From Cenococcum geophilum (Eukaryota): DNA of 64,000 bases. Location: NCBI GenBank assembly GCA_050273025.1, contig CP158636.1, forward strand, positions 6,014,001-6,078,000, read 5' to 3'. Below, in pieces: positions 1-12,486 of the stretch (position 1 is its first letter; the number at the start of each line of letters is the position of its first letter). A model generated the notes under the pieces. The model was not told where the DNA came from and ran no database searches. It was given only the letters and a program-made list of their open reading frames with translations. A program made the position numbers and the translations under genes.

Positions 1-671
1 ACTGAGAGAAGGCAGCGTTTAGGGCCGCTGCGGCGGTATACGAATTACACCAAAACCACAAAAAAATAATTTAGGGGTACTCAACAGCCCTGGCGACAAA
101 CCAGACGAAACAGCGAAAACGACATGTCGGGACAAGGCAATGCCGTGTTTAGCAGCATACACAGCGAGTTCCTGCTTGTAGCACTTGGCAATCCGCTCAA
201 ATCCTTACGTTGATGTTCGACACAGCGGCGGAGACTGCCTCAAACACGAGGCTTATGTCTGGGACGAAGATCGTGTCAAGGGTGCGCATAAACGCCCCCC
301 TTCTTGGCGGGCGGGAAACAATACATCGGGGTTAAGAAGCCGCAAGCTTTACGCTTCATAAAGGAGAGGGCGGAGCCGTATACGGGAATTGTGCTTTGAT
401 CCCCGCGCAGCGACGGCGATGCCGCAATAGCAACGGGCGCAAAATTTGTTGATAGCGTGAAGGTACACAGACTCGGGTTGCAGGCCTGGCTGTTTCAGAC
501 GGCCGGAGGGCATGTGACCGGGAGATTTTTCTGCGGAGGGGAAAAGGACGACAATAAACGCATAATCTGCGAAGGAGCGGGCCTCATTCGCTGGTCAAAA
601 AGAATATTTTGGGTGCTCAGGTGGTGTGGGAGTGTGTGGAGGTCAGCGATATGGGGGGAGGGACGGGGGAG

Positions 672-726
672 GATGGCGAAGATGGCGAAAATGGCGAGGA
701 TGGCGAGGATGGCGAGGGATGACGAG
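672..726. repeat. 9-bp tandem repeat (GATGGCGAR), about 6 copies
   Basis: gatggcgaa gatggcgaa aatggcgag gatggcgag gatggcgag g gatgacgag; it produces the repetitive MAK/MAR and AIL peptides in the ORF track. Confidence 0.85.
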
Positions 727-1653
727 GGCGGTGGAGGGATGTATGGAGCTTGTATGGAGCCTGTACGGAGCGCTCGAAGCGTGTATGGAGACTGGTAGTA
801 TGGAAGGCGCATCAAGCACGAGCCAGCAGAACCACACACCCGCACAGAACAGCGGCGCAAGGACCACCAAGCACCACCGGCACTCTCGCGAGCTCAATTC
901 AAACATCACTGCATGGCGACAGAAAAAGCACCGCCGACATCTGGGAAAGGGCTGCACGGGCAAATCCTCGCGGTGCAGGTCACCGTAAACATGACGGACG
1001 CAGCGAACCAGAGGGCGCGCGGCGCCGCGGTAGGCCAGCACCCATCGGGGCGTACTCCAGAATCCGATGTATGCATTCGATGCAACACTCGCATGAAGAT
1101 AGGCGCGTGACGGCGACTCGCTCTGCATTCCCCCCGCCCACCAGGACTTGTCCCGTAACCTAATTCACTCAGAGAACTAGGAGGAGGCTGCTACCCCGCT
1201 TCTCGTCTTCCAACCTGCCTGGTACCGCTGGTATCGCGACTTCACGCCACATAACCTCTCCCACCCGCCGCGAGGTAGCAGTACTCCCCAAGGCCGCTTT
1301 GCACGCTGCCCTAGCTGGCCCTTGGCTGATAGCTCCAATGACCCCCAGAAAGCCATCCTTGTCGCCTTCCACCACCCAATACCACCGAGCTCCCATTCGC
1401 TCGTCTGCCCGCGAACCTGACCCTCTTTGTATCCATGTACTTGATCAGCGTCTGCACCCGACTGAGGATCTGCCTACTTGAATATCATGATGATCTACCG
1501 CCTCCACGTTGGCGGCTTGTCACTTTGAATGAGCTTTGAACCTGCTTTGAGCATGAACCAGCGGCAGATGCAAACTCAGTAACAAGTGAAGCTACCCACT
1601 CACCCTCCAGGTCGTCCTCGCTTCCCGCCGCCCTCTCAGACGGCTGAACTGTC

Positions 1654-2701
1654 ATGTCGTGAGTCAACCTCCAACCTCGACCGTGGCCTTAACACCTGCT
1701 CTGCGCCGAGTACTGAGCCGTGTACTGAGCCGTGTACTGAGTCGTGAACTGAGCTTTCCTGAGCTTTCCACCATCTATCCCCAAGGCGCTGACGTAGTGC
1801 TCGCTGTTTCACAGGTCGTCGCCCGCCGCCTCGAAGCGCAATCTGAAACCCACGCCTATCTCCGCTTCACCTTCACAGCTAAACACGCTCTCGACCGAGA
1901 CTCCTTCCCTATTGAGCAATCCCACGTTTGGGACGTTTGCTCCTCCCGCAGCTTCAGCGAATCCCAGAAAGCGGAAGCCGTCAAGAGACGAAATGAGTAC
2001 CAATGCCATAGCGCCCTCGTCGACGACGTCTTCGGCCGCGTATGCTGATCCGCGTGGGCTGGGGCCAGCAACTGCGGACCTGGACCCACCTCCACAGCAG
2101 CCGCCGGCAAAGAAAGGTCGGACGAACACGCCGTGGACTCCCGCAGAGGAGCAGAGGTTGAAGACCATGAGAGATGCTGGAAACAGCTGGAGCGAAATTG
2201 CAAAGGTAGACAAACACGCTCGGAGTTCGGACGCACTGCGGGCTTAAGTCGGAGCCGACTGAAAGGACTGGGGTTACTGATTCGAGTTTCATGCTTTCAG
2301 ACCTTTCCAACGCGAACAGAAGGAAGTGTGAAGAAACACTGGTACAAGGTACACGAGCCCCAAACCAACGTACTTGTACTTCGCGCCGCTGACGACGTTG
2401 GATCAAGGACATGCATTATGCCGAGTTCGGGGAAGACGAGGTGGGTCCTCCAAGACACCTGAGCCGTATATATTATCAGCATGAACATTGACTAAATAAT
2501 AAAAAGAGCGCCGCGCTGCTTGCAGCAATCAAAGAGTACGACGCCAGCAAATGGAAGGTCATAGGGGCAAAAGTGGGCAAACCTGCAAAAGTAGGCCGTG
2601 CTTTGCATCTTCTGTGTTCAAGGCCGTGAAGCAAATCCAGCTGACCTATGGGATAGGCTTGCGAGCAGTATGCGAAGGAGCATTTCGGTGGGAAAGCCTG
2701 A
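1654..2701 (+). CDS. Myb/SANT DNA-binding protein with two Myb-like repeats, 6 exons
   Basis: Predicted exons 1654-1658 (ATGTC), 1815-2205, 2301-2348, 2408-2440, 2507-2590, 2657-2701; GT..AG introns with CTRAY-like branch sites keep the frame. Motifs: WTPAEEQRLKTMRDAGNSWSEIAKTFPTRTEGSVKKHWYK and FGEDESAALLAAIKEYDASKWKVIGAKVGKPAKACEQY. Confidence 0.88.
1705..1754. repeat. 12-bp tandem repeat (GCCGTGTACTGA) x4 in Myb intron 1
   Basis: gccgagtactga gccgtgtactga gccgtgtactga gtcgtgaactga, inside predicted intron 1659-1814. Confidence 0.85.
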
Positions 2702-5485
2702 ACTTTAAGATCACAGTCTGCATCTTTCCGGTTTAGCGCGTTGCTTATGATACCAGCTCTCTTTTTTTATGGAGCATTGCATACGCAGATCGCAGACTTC
2801 TGTCGGCAGCCGCTCAATCCTTTCTTAGGAGTCTTCGGACATGGATTTTCTTAGCAGTGGAGCATACGAGGGCATATGCGCATTTCCGTTTGGTGAGAAG
2901 GTTGCTGATATCGGCGGCTTCTCTCGTGCTATCTCTCGCAGTTGATTCGTCTGTTTCCATTTTGTTCCCATGGTGCTGGGAAATCAGGTCGAGGGAAAAT
3001 GTTCTGGGCGTAATATCCGCTTGCTTGATATAGCGGAACCGACCGCGCGGCGAGCCACTTCCTTGATGGACTTGGACGGCGCCCAGGTTGTCTGGGGCTG
3101 CGGAAGCAGTAATTGGTCAGTTGAATGGGTCTCCCGTTTTGAATTTGGTTTCTTGCTGTCCATCGTTGCCTCGAGAGAAACATTTCCCTCGTTTCCTTCC
3201 CTTGCCCTGTTCACAGATCGCTTGGAGCCGCCACCGCCTCCCGTCAAGTGGCACACATGCAGCTGCCCCTCCGCGGTATCACCGCGCTGCCGCAATCCCG
3301 CCGACCACACCACTCCCGCACTGGCGCCGTCGGTTGGGGATCTTGAGTTGATCTCGTGCAACGGCGACGCTTGCAGGCGGGCCCTTTCGGCTGCCCTGCC
3401 GAACCGACATGGTGGCCGATGCCGCTGGGAGACAGGCTTGCGACGGGCACGCAATGACCGGCGGGATTGCACGAGGATCCCTCCCAGAAGTCCCCCACCG
3501 ATCCTCAAGGCGAAACAAGCGGCCGTTGAACGATGACCCGCTAGCGAATGGCCGTGGCCAAACGAGCCAGGGAATGGGAAGACGCAACGCATAAAGGGAG
3601 ATGACGGATGGCGAGTGGAAACATAGTTATTTCGGAGAAGCTAGGCCATTGAAATGGCAACCAGGTAGAGCCTAAATGGTCAAAGCAGGCGCTTGACAGC
3701 TGGAAACGGTGAAGGCGTATCAAACAGCAATGCGATCCTGTCCACCACGTAGTATCACCAACGGAAAGCCGTGATATTGAAATGACGACGGCCGCCGGTA
3801 GGGAACACCCCAGGAGTACACCCAGCATGCTGTGGTGAAAGCGGCTGTCACGTGTGATTCTTGTGGGTAACTAGGTACCCGGCATTGTCCAAGCTCCAAG
3901 CCTCAAAGCCCCAAGCTTCCACGCTTCCATGCGCTTAAGAGGGTGGAAAAGTAGCAGACAGGGCTGAGGAAAGTGGGCCGAACCGGCGGCCTGTTGTTAG
4001 CAAGGCGTTGTCGTTGCATTGTCCCGTGTATTGGCGCTTGGACCGAGTGGCTAGGGGGACATGCCAAGTGTGCAAATGCCCCTGCCGCTCCTTCACACCT
4101 CTCCTCCCACCACCGCAGGCCTTTCCGCTGCGCGAACGCCGCCGTTGCTACTGCAGCTCGAACACTCCGCCGCGTGCGTTTGTTTGCACGTCATGACCTC
4201 GCACGTCGCACCCCGAAATATCGGAATACTACCACGGCTCAGGCGATCTTCGCAGGGCGGGGAGGGCGAAGCGCATATAGGCATGGGCTTCTGATATACC
4301 TCCTGAAACGGCATTTGCATGAGCTAAGACCTGAAGCCAGCCAGCATAATACGCGTCAGAGGTACACATGCAGTAAGTTCTCACCCACGGCAAAGCGCAT
4401 TCCTTGCCGGCATGTCCGCCACCTCTAGTGTTGGCCTAAAGCTGCTGAAATCCTCCCATTACGCTCCCCATTCTACCCCAGTCTCCTGCCTAGTGTAGTC
4501 ATAGCCAGCCCTCAGTCCTCTCAGCGGCCTTGCCTCTGCCCAGCCTCTACCTAGTCTGCATAGCATACCTATTCCAAACGGGCGTGTCCAATCTCGTATG
4601 CTCTATCATGTGCTAGCTGTCCAGCAGCCACGGCGCTGCTTTCGGCGCTGTTTTTGGAGCTGCTCATCTCCCTTGCCAATATTGGGCTGTTAATGCCACG
4701 CTTTGAGGCTATGCTGGGCCGGGGATCGGGCATGCAAATTCTGTAACGGCTTTAGAGACTTCTGCCAGCGTTCTAGAAATAGGGCTACGATGGCCTGGGG
4801 ACCCTTTCGAGGGCCGTCTAGGGCAGTTCTGGATTGGAAGCGATTGGAAGCAGCCCAACCTTTTCTAAGCTGCCTTCAATTTGAGTCGTCAGCCACTCAA
4901 AACACGAGGTCCGCCGCATTGCAACCTGCTAAATGACCTCCGATTGCTCCTCCAGATCTGTGCTGGGGGCGTCCCCCAGCAATTGATCACCGCATTATGC
5001 TTGACGTAGAATTCGTCCTGAGCTTGCCCTACTCAGCTAATTCCCTACCCTTCAGGAACAAAGACCGTCTTGTCGAGGACCCATCGCCTCTCGTGCTTGG
5101 ACTTCTGTGTCCGCGTGGCAATTGCACAAGACCGGTGCTTTTGATGGGGAGAGCAGCGCCCGAGATTTTCAATGCTTCTCCTGATCTTGCGCGGCTAAAG
5201 GTTATAATGCACAGCACACCCGACTCATAGTTCTTCGAAGGCTTTATCAGGCATCCTAACGCTTAACACGACTGATAAGATCCCTCTGCTTGATGGCGCA
5301 CCGCTCTAGGCTGCTTCTGCTGCAATATTTGTCAATATAGCAAAACACGAGCAACCCCAAACACGTGCGATACATATTTCGAGTCGGTACCGAATCTCAA
5401 ACCAGGCTTCCCTCTGGCTCAGGTCTCACTGCGGCGGCCTGCCAGAGCAAGCTAGCTCTGGTAGTCTCCATGCATATTCGCAACG

Positions 5486-6602
5486 CTGGCGAGCTCCTAT
5501 CGAGGCTTCTCCCTCGACTACGCCGTGCAAGAACACCCGGAAGAAGAACAGAGTCCATCCTCAAACGCAGACACTCAACACGTCCTCCAATATGGCTTAC
5601 CGGGCCAGAATCCCTTTCTGCAGCCACCCCACCATCATCAAACACTTCAACAGCATGGCGGCCACCATCAACTTATCCAAGTCACAAGTATAGAGGCTCA
5701 CCCCAGTTTACATCAACCGCACTTGTTGCGCCATCAGCAGATGCAACAACAATCGCCGTCTTCTCCCTACGGTTCCGCTCCTTCCCACCTCGACTACACA
5801 CAAGCGGGAAGCCGAAAGCGCAGTCGCCCGCACGAGGACCTTCAACTGGATCTACAAGGCCTCCAAGAACTTCCCGCCGACGTCCACGCGCAATCCTCCG
5901 CTGACGTCCAGGTAGAACTGACTCCGCGCGGCCACCACGCCCAGCCACAAGGCCTTTCTCTCCACTACCAAGCTCCCGCCCCGCCCCTTCCTCCGCGCCA
6001 CCATCACCACCGTCTGCCGAACCAGCCTCCTCCCGGTAAGATGCCTCGCCACAGCAGCGAGGCCTCTTCTCCAGAAACGCAGCATCACGGGCTAAGCGTA
6101 GTGGGGCAGGAGGGTATGCCACTTCCTGCGCTGCGACCCCGAGGGCCGAAGCTCAAATTCACGCCCGAGGACGATCAGCTGCTTGTGGATCTCAAGGAGA
6201 AGAAAAACCTTACCTGGAAGCAAATTGCCGACTTCTTTCCTGGGAGAAGCTCCGGCACGCTGCAAGTCCGATACTGCACGAAGCTGAAGGCGAAAACCAC
6301 CGTCTGGACGGATGAGATGGTAAGTGCGCCAAATTCGAGGCGTGAGGCATTTTGAAGCGAATGTGGTTCGGAGGTGCTAACCTGGATCGGACAAGCAGGT
6401 GCTTAAGCTACGCAACGCCATGCAGGAGTACGAGAACGACCGTTGGCGGATCATCTCCTCAAAGGTTGGCAGTGGATTTTCTCCGACAGCATGCAGAGAC
6501 AAGGCTACGGAACTGGAGGTCGAAGCGGAGGAGGCGGAGGAGAGTTACACGCAGACCCGAACTGCGGGAAGCTCGAGCGATCCCGCAGCGCCCTTCCAAT
6601 GA
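5486..6602 (+). CDS. Second Myb/SANT protein with His/Gln/Pro-rich N-terminus; start uncertain
   Basis: KFTPEDDQLLVDLKEKKNLTWKQIADFFPGRSSGTLQVRYCTKLK and WTDEM|VLKLRNAMQEYENDRWRIISSKVG; intron 6320-6398 (GTAAGT..GCTAAC..CAG). The frame is open from 5465, the first in-frame ATG is at 5741, and 5486 is a candidate CTG start. Confidence 0.8.
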
Positions 6603-8449
6603 CACACCCTACACCCTATCCCTTAACCCGCCAAAATTCGTCCACACGTTATCGATAAGGATTTACCAATCAAATCAATGCGTGCCAGGAATATACAGCT
6701 GATGTAGAGAAGTTCGAAATCGGGCAACGGCCAAGGCTCCGGGGGAGGTTTTTTGAGACACGATTTGGCTGAACGCTATATTGAGTCGGCTGAACAAGGT
6801 CCATATCATTGGAAGTACATTTGGAAGGCACAGTTTGATGGTTTGTATTGATCAAATCTATACAGCCTATACGCGTTTGTCGACGCGCTAATTGCGATCG
6901 TCGTTCTGTTTCCTATGTGGGTATAGATTAGCGGTGTCTCGGCTATTTCACTTGACTGTATATATTGAGGCTTAACGGCCTACATCAGTTCGACAGAGTT
7001 CTCCTTCTTGACGTGTCCGTTCGACAGCATTGTTCTGATCCTGGTGTTCCGCACGGACCGCTTGCCTTGTGGACGTTGGCGGGTTAAGGGATAGGCATCA
7101 TGCAGTAATTTTTGGGGAGACGTTTTCATTGTGCTAGTCATATTTCTTCATAGAAGCGCTATTCGCGGATCTTCCATTTTACCGGAAACCAATTTAATCA
7201 CCTATTTCTCATGAATTTCCTACGACTCACAGCTGGGCTCACTTCATTTCTCGAGTCCCGTTAAGAATTACATTAGGGGTCTATTTCTCTCAGGTTTTTG
7301 GACCAGCGTCATCAAACCGGAGACGGCTGGTGTCCTTCACGCAGGCCGCGGGGAGGGTCAGGTCAGCATAGCGGGACAGCGTTGGCAAAGTGGAAAGGTT
7401 CCTTGGTTCCGGACCGGTTGGGAGGAAGAAATCATATTCATCCAACCCTTTTTCGCGGATTATCAAACTTTATAGGACGGATTGGACGTAGAACGGCTTG
7501 AGTAGCAGCGATTCAGGGATGGTTCTAGGCCTTTGCATCTTTAGTTTTGGGATTCTCAAATTGGCATCAAGGAGTGGAAGGTACCCAGGCGAATTACGGA
7601 ACGCTTTTCTTGTGTTTCGTCATTTGAAGCAGCACACATCATGGAGATGGTTTTTCGTACGATGCGTATTATTGAAGAGGAGGATTTTGTCTCTCGTTGT
7701 TTTGGGAAATACACATCCCTTCCATTCGTTTAGAAGCACATTGCGCATACTCTCGTTACAAGATTTTCGGTACTGTTTCAGTACTCGGCGCATTTCCTTT
7801 GATTTGTATAGACAATACTTATTTGTAATAGGCAGGAGGAATTGGAATTCAAAAGAAGATGCTCAAACACCCAAACGAAGACTGAGGGCGTTACTGTGCG
7901 TAACCCCAGGTAGATCTAAAACTCTCTCCACTCTCAGCCTTATACCTTGTTCCATTTCAGACCTTGCATTGCTTACTTGTATATCGCAGCGTACACTAGT
8001 TTCGAATGCAGTCCATCTACTCTAATCAATCTATCGATGCTTCCCTTGTTTCCGGTCCTGCCGTGCCATACGGGGCACGGACCCCCACCACAGCGATAAT
8101 GTTCCTGCTTGCCTTCATATTCGTTAGCGCCATTTCACGCCAACGGAGTCCACTGTTCCTTAACCGATCAAACGCGAAGGAAGTTAACATGCCATAAAGT
8201 GGAAATTATATAGTCGTCTCCAAAATTATTCAAGAATCTCATCAGCGCATCGGACAGCTCAGCCCAGCTTTGCCCCCAACCACCGAGTCATACGCCGCAT
8301 GGGCGATAACCCAGATCTGTCAGCCATACGGCAGATCCAGAGGCCCTGAATTTCACAAGAATGCCCTCTCAGTCAACAGGATTTGATCTGCGTGGCAACA
8401 GTTCCTTCCGTTGCTCCATCTATCGCCGCCGTTCAGGGTTGTACATAAT

Positions 8450-9165
8450 CAGTGTAACCGTAATCGGCCCATAGATTTTGATTATTGTAAAATCGTCCCA
8501 CCTGATTCTGATTGGTTTTATTGATTACTTTAATTAGGATTAGATTGATCTTGGCTTAAGAGATGCTCTACAAATTGTATTTACTATTTAATTCCCTTAT
8601 CTATCTGCTGCCTTATTTGCTTCCTAATTGCTTACCACGTGCGTTATAAGGAAGACATAGTATGTAGGTGTAAAAATATAGGTAAGATAAGATGCGCGTC
8701 GGCGTATATATTGACTTTTTCTAAAAGCCCGTACGGATGTTTTTTATTTATAAAACCACGGGCTCGGCACTTTAGTAAGCGCCGATTGTGAGGTGAGGAT
8801 GTGGATAGGGAGTCCAATTGATAGAACAATAGGGTATATGTATAAACAGACGAAGCCTTGAGGGAAAAGGAGGAGTCTGTGTGCAAGGTAAGGAAGGGTT
8901 TTCCCTAGGCACGTGCAGCGCACGTGCCTCACAGGCGAGTCACCCCTGAGTCACCCGTTGCCCCTGGGTCGCCCGTACCTTGCGGCTATATAACTATCTA
9001 CTCAGGTTTCACCTGACACCGATCATCATATAGGAAAATTAAAAGTAATTTTCTTAAAACTAAAGCTTTATTACTACATTCTATTCCTACGTTCTTACCG
9101 CGGGTGATTATATTAATTTGTAACTATAATCACAAGAATAATTTCGATTACGATTAGTTATATTA
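8450..9165. mobile_element. Degenerate, RIP-affected AT-rich repeat, possibly a non-autonomous hAT-like element
   Basis: Abrupt TpA-rich block. Left end CAGTGTAACCGTAATCG; right end CGATTAGTTATATTA resembles its RIP-mutated reverse complement. TSD not cleanly resolvable. Confidence 0.4.
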
Positions 9166-9483
9166 TATAATAATCATAACTTATATAGCTTATAGAATAG
9201 TGTCGACCAAAATCGGACTTCCTACCGCCCCGTTTCTGTTGCCTACACCTTCCTCATGTATATGCAAGGCTCCTTGGAGCCGGTTTGAATGGACGGGGTC
9301 CTCATTCTTTTTATTCTTGATATTCCGATTGACAAATAGTTATATACATCCCTACCGTCGTTCGGCGACTTTGACTCATGCCTAGAAATACCGATCAATG
9401 GTAGAGTCCTTTCATGCACTAGTTATGCTTCCTAAACTTGCCTAGATCTGGCAAAAACAACTCAGTCATCTTTCCTCATTCCT

Positions 9484-11467
9484 TTACGGCACCTCTTTAG
9501 CCCCCTTCTGCCTCTTCGGCTTAAAGCACTTCAACCACTCCGTCAAAGCGCCCGTAAAATACTCTCTACTAACTGCACCTCCAGGAAACGTAGTCCTAAA
9601 ATCAAAAGCGTGTTCCGCATCCGACATGATATACGCAAAAATCTCGCTCTCAGCAGTACTAACGCCGCACTTCGGGATGGGCTCGGTGAACAGCTTTGGG
9701 TGTGGCGCCCAGGGCTCGCCGGACAGCGGGCTAAGAGTGCGCCAGGGATCGAATTCACCACCGCTCCAGTAGACGTTGGAGGGCCGGATGTTCCAGCCGC
9801 CGAAGTGCGCGTTGATCTTGTCGACGGCGGGCCAGGCGGGCAGCAGCGAGAGCGGCGCGTCGGGGAATTGCCGGTGGCAGATGTCGGCTTGATGCTGCAG
9901 GCTGTTGTAGCGGGAGACAAGTTGTGTGGGGCCGAGGTTGGCAGATTGGAGGAAGCCTGGGGATGAAGGTTAGCGGAATGAACATTGGCCTATACTGTTA
10001 GGGCTATAAGGTGTAAATGTGGAAATGAGAACAGCTACGTAGAATAATGTAATCTAAAATCCGTGAACCAGGGCTTTGAAGCCCCTGAAATGGATTTGGT
10101 GGAGTGCTTTACGGCCTCTTAATGCTCTCGTATAATCTAGAGTTCCTGGGGATGGCTCGTAATGGTGGTTCTGAGACATCATGACATAGTCCCGAGTGTC
10201 GAATCACTTCGAAAGAAAATTAAAACTCACCCCATTGCGTGCAATACTGCCAAGTCCAGCTGATTGAAGCCGGATCAGAAAACCTGAGCTGCAGGTTGCA
10301 GCCACCCATGGTAGTCATCGAACCCGAGCAGTTCGTCGTCAAATACGAATTAACCATATCCACAAAATACGGAAAGCTAGCCCATCGACTGACGGTGAAG
10401 TTTGCGCCCATGCTTGCAGCCCATCCAGCTGCTCCAGATAAGATATTTGTGGTCGGGTCTGTAGAGAGCCAGTCACAGAATGACCGAAGGCTGGTTAAGC
10501 CGCCTTCAACACCGTACGACTGCCATAAGTAAAATGGGGTGGTGAGGGCATCTGCAAAGCCGGCGTTCGTGTTGTTGCCAGCTCCAACTCCGAGGAAGCG
10601 CTCTTTCAAAGCTGCTGCTGCTGTGGGTTTCTCCATGACCTTGTCCATATAGTTGATAGCTGCATGGATATCCTTCGTGCAATTACCCCAGCCGTAGGCA
10701 TTCATCCCGCGCCAAACGGGTTCGAAGTACATGGACATGTCATTCTTTGCTTCCACTGGCGCCGATGATGCAAAAGAAGCATATATGGTGTCGGGATAGA
10801 ACTTGCGCATGAAAGCGGCCCGCATGCCGGGGTACGAGCCACCGACAAAGATCCAAGGTGTGGAATTGGGAGTGAGGTCGGCTTTGATATCTTTCCTTGA
10901 GAAGTTTGCTGCGAAGATAGGAATATCGGCCAGTGATTGCTCGGTTGTAAGGTAAACAAACTTCTCCGCTGGGGTGTCCAGATCAATTGGAGAGGGTGTT
11001 GAGTTGCCATAATAGCGATGCTCCCATACTATGCCAATTCCACCATATGCGTCAACGATTTGGTTGAAAAATGAAGTTTCGTTCTGCAGGCGAAATAAAG
11101 CATTAGGTTCTGCATCTGCCTCTCCGACACCGTAGAGGAATACAGGACCGCCAGGCCTGTAACCAGATTCGGCGACCCAGAATCGATTGTTGAAGGTACC
11201 CGCCGAGCCATACCCGGAGTGGAAATGGTCCAGAGGAAGTGTAACGTACTCGGGGACGGTGGTTTCAGGAGTGCTGTTGGCAGCAGCTGGCGCTAACGCT
11301 TTTAACGACTGAATTTCCGCGGGTAGTCGCATCGGTGTCCCGTCGGGTAAAAGTCCCATTTCTGCCATTGTACGAAACCTATGGCTAAGGGAGCCGCCCA
11401 AAGCGTCGATAAACACATTTGGGAGAAAGGAAAGAGAGAAAATACATATTGAAAGCAGAGAACGCAT
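9484..11467 (-). CDS. Secreted serine carboxypeptidase, peptidase family S28
   Basis: Hydrophobic signal-like N-terminus; LPLDHF, EHRYYGNS, GGSYPG (nucleophile), ASSAPV, WTWQYCTQWG; intron 10230-9957; second exon has GEFDPW and AEHAFDF, stop at 9484. Confidence 0.9.
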
Positions 11468-12486
11468 CGTGACATGCAATTGAGGACAAGCTCAAATTCG
11501 GGCTAGAAACAATAGCTAAAGCAACGACCAACAAATGAGATCTCCGTCCGCTCTGCTGGATATATTCAAACACCTCAAAATGGCCTGTAGCACGAAAGAC
11601 AGGAGGGTGAATTCATGGTGGGTACTTACTTTCATATATACCTGCGAGGCTCCTCATTGCGGGACGGGAGAATGGAGAACGATCGACGTGTTTAATGCAA
11701 TCGTGTCCAGTGAAAAGCCATATCTCTGTAAAGATCCCGGATTTAGATCCATGCGGAAGGTGATACCCAGGTACAGCGGGGGTTGATCTTGTCTCCGATA
11801 GGCAGTTGTAGATGAGGCTCACAGGACCAATCCAATCACAGGGCCTCAAAGAATGATACCAAGCTGCCAATGATGAATAGTTTCCCATCCAGGCATAGCG
11901 TCACGAAACACCAAGATTTTATTAACCACAGATTGCGGCTGACCCTCCTGCTGCTAACCTCGGGATCAAATCATATGAGAGTCCTAATCGAAATTGCCCC
12001 GTGGCGAACGGATACCAACAAGGCAACTCGCCTTCTGCATTGCTGAGCATGAGCCGAGGCAAAAGGTTTCGCCCCCAAGGCGCGTCGAATTGTTGTAGAC
12101 CAAGCAAAGCATGAAGTGGCCTTGTTCCAGTTGTGTACATGTCAGATGTCTTAGATTTGGGAAGTCCTTCGATGTCACGTATGAGTCGGGAGAGAGCATC
12201 TTTCATCGGCCCGTTTTAGCGGCCGTGTGTAATTAATATAAACAACGAATATAGCAGTCAAAAGACGTGCATAAAGTCCAAAGAAAGCTAGACTATGCTA
12301 GACCGGTTCCTTGATCCTTTGTTGATTATCGAAGCGTTGAAATAAGCCGGTCAACGACAATTTTCCAGTCGAGCCGCATTAAAAATATACAGGTCTCATC
12401 CTGACCACGCCAGCACCAAAATTGAAGGCTCCACATTGACCACATTAAACATCCGCCTCCTTATAACGCTGCACACTGCACACTGC

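Noticed and set aside
457..1481. Many overlapping 60-160 aa ORFs
   Set aside because: GC-rich upstream DNA with a 9-bp repeat; no recognisable domains and mostly non-ATG starts.
2929..4936. ORFs of up to 202 aa between the Myb genes
   Set aside because: Overlapping on both strands with no domain or splice support; expected by chance at this GC content.
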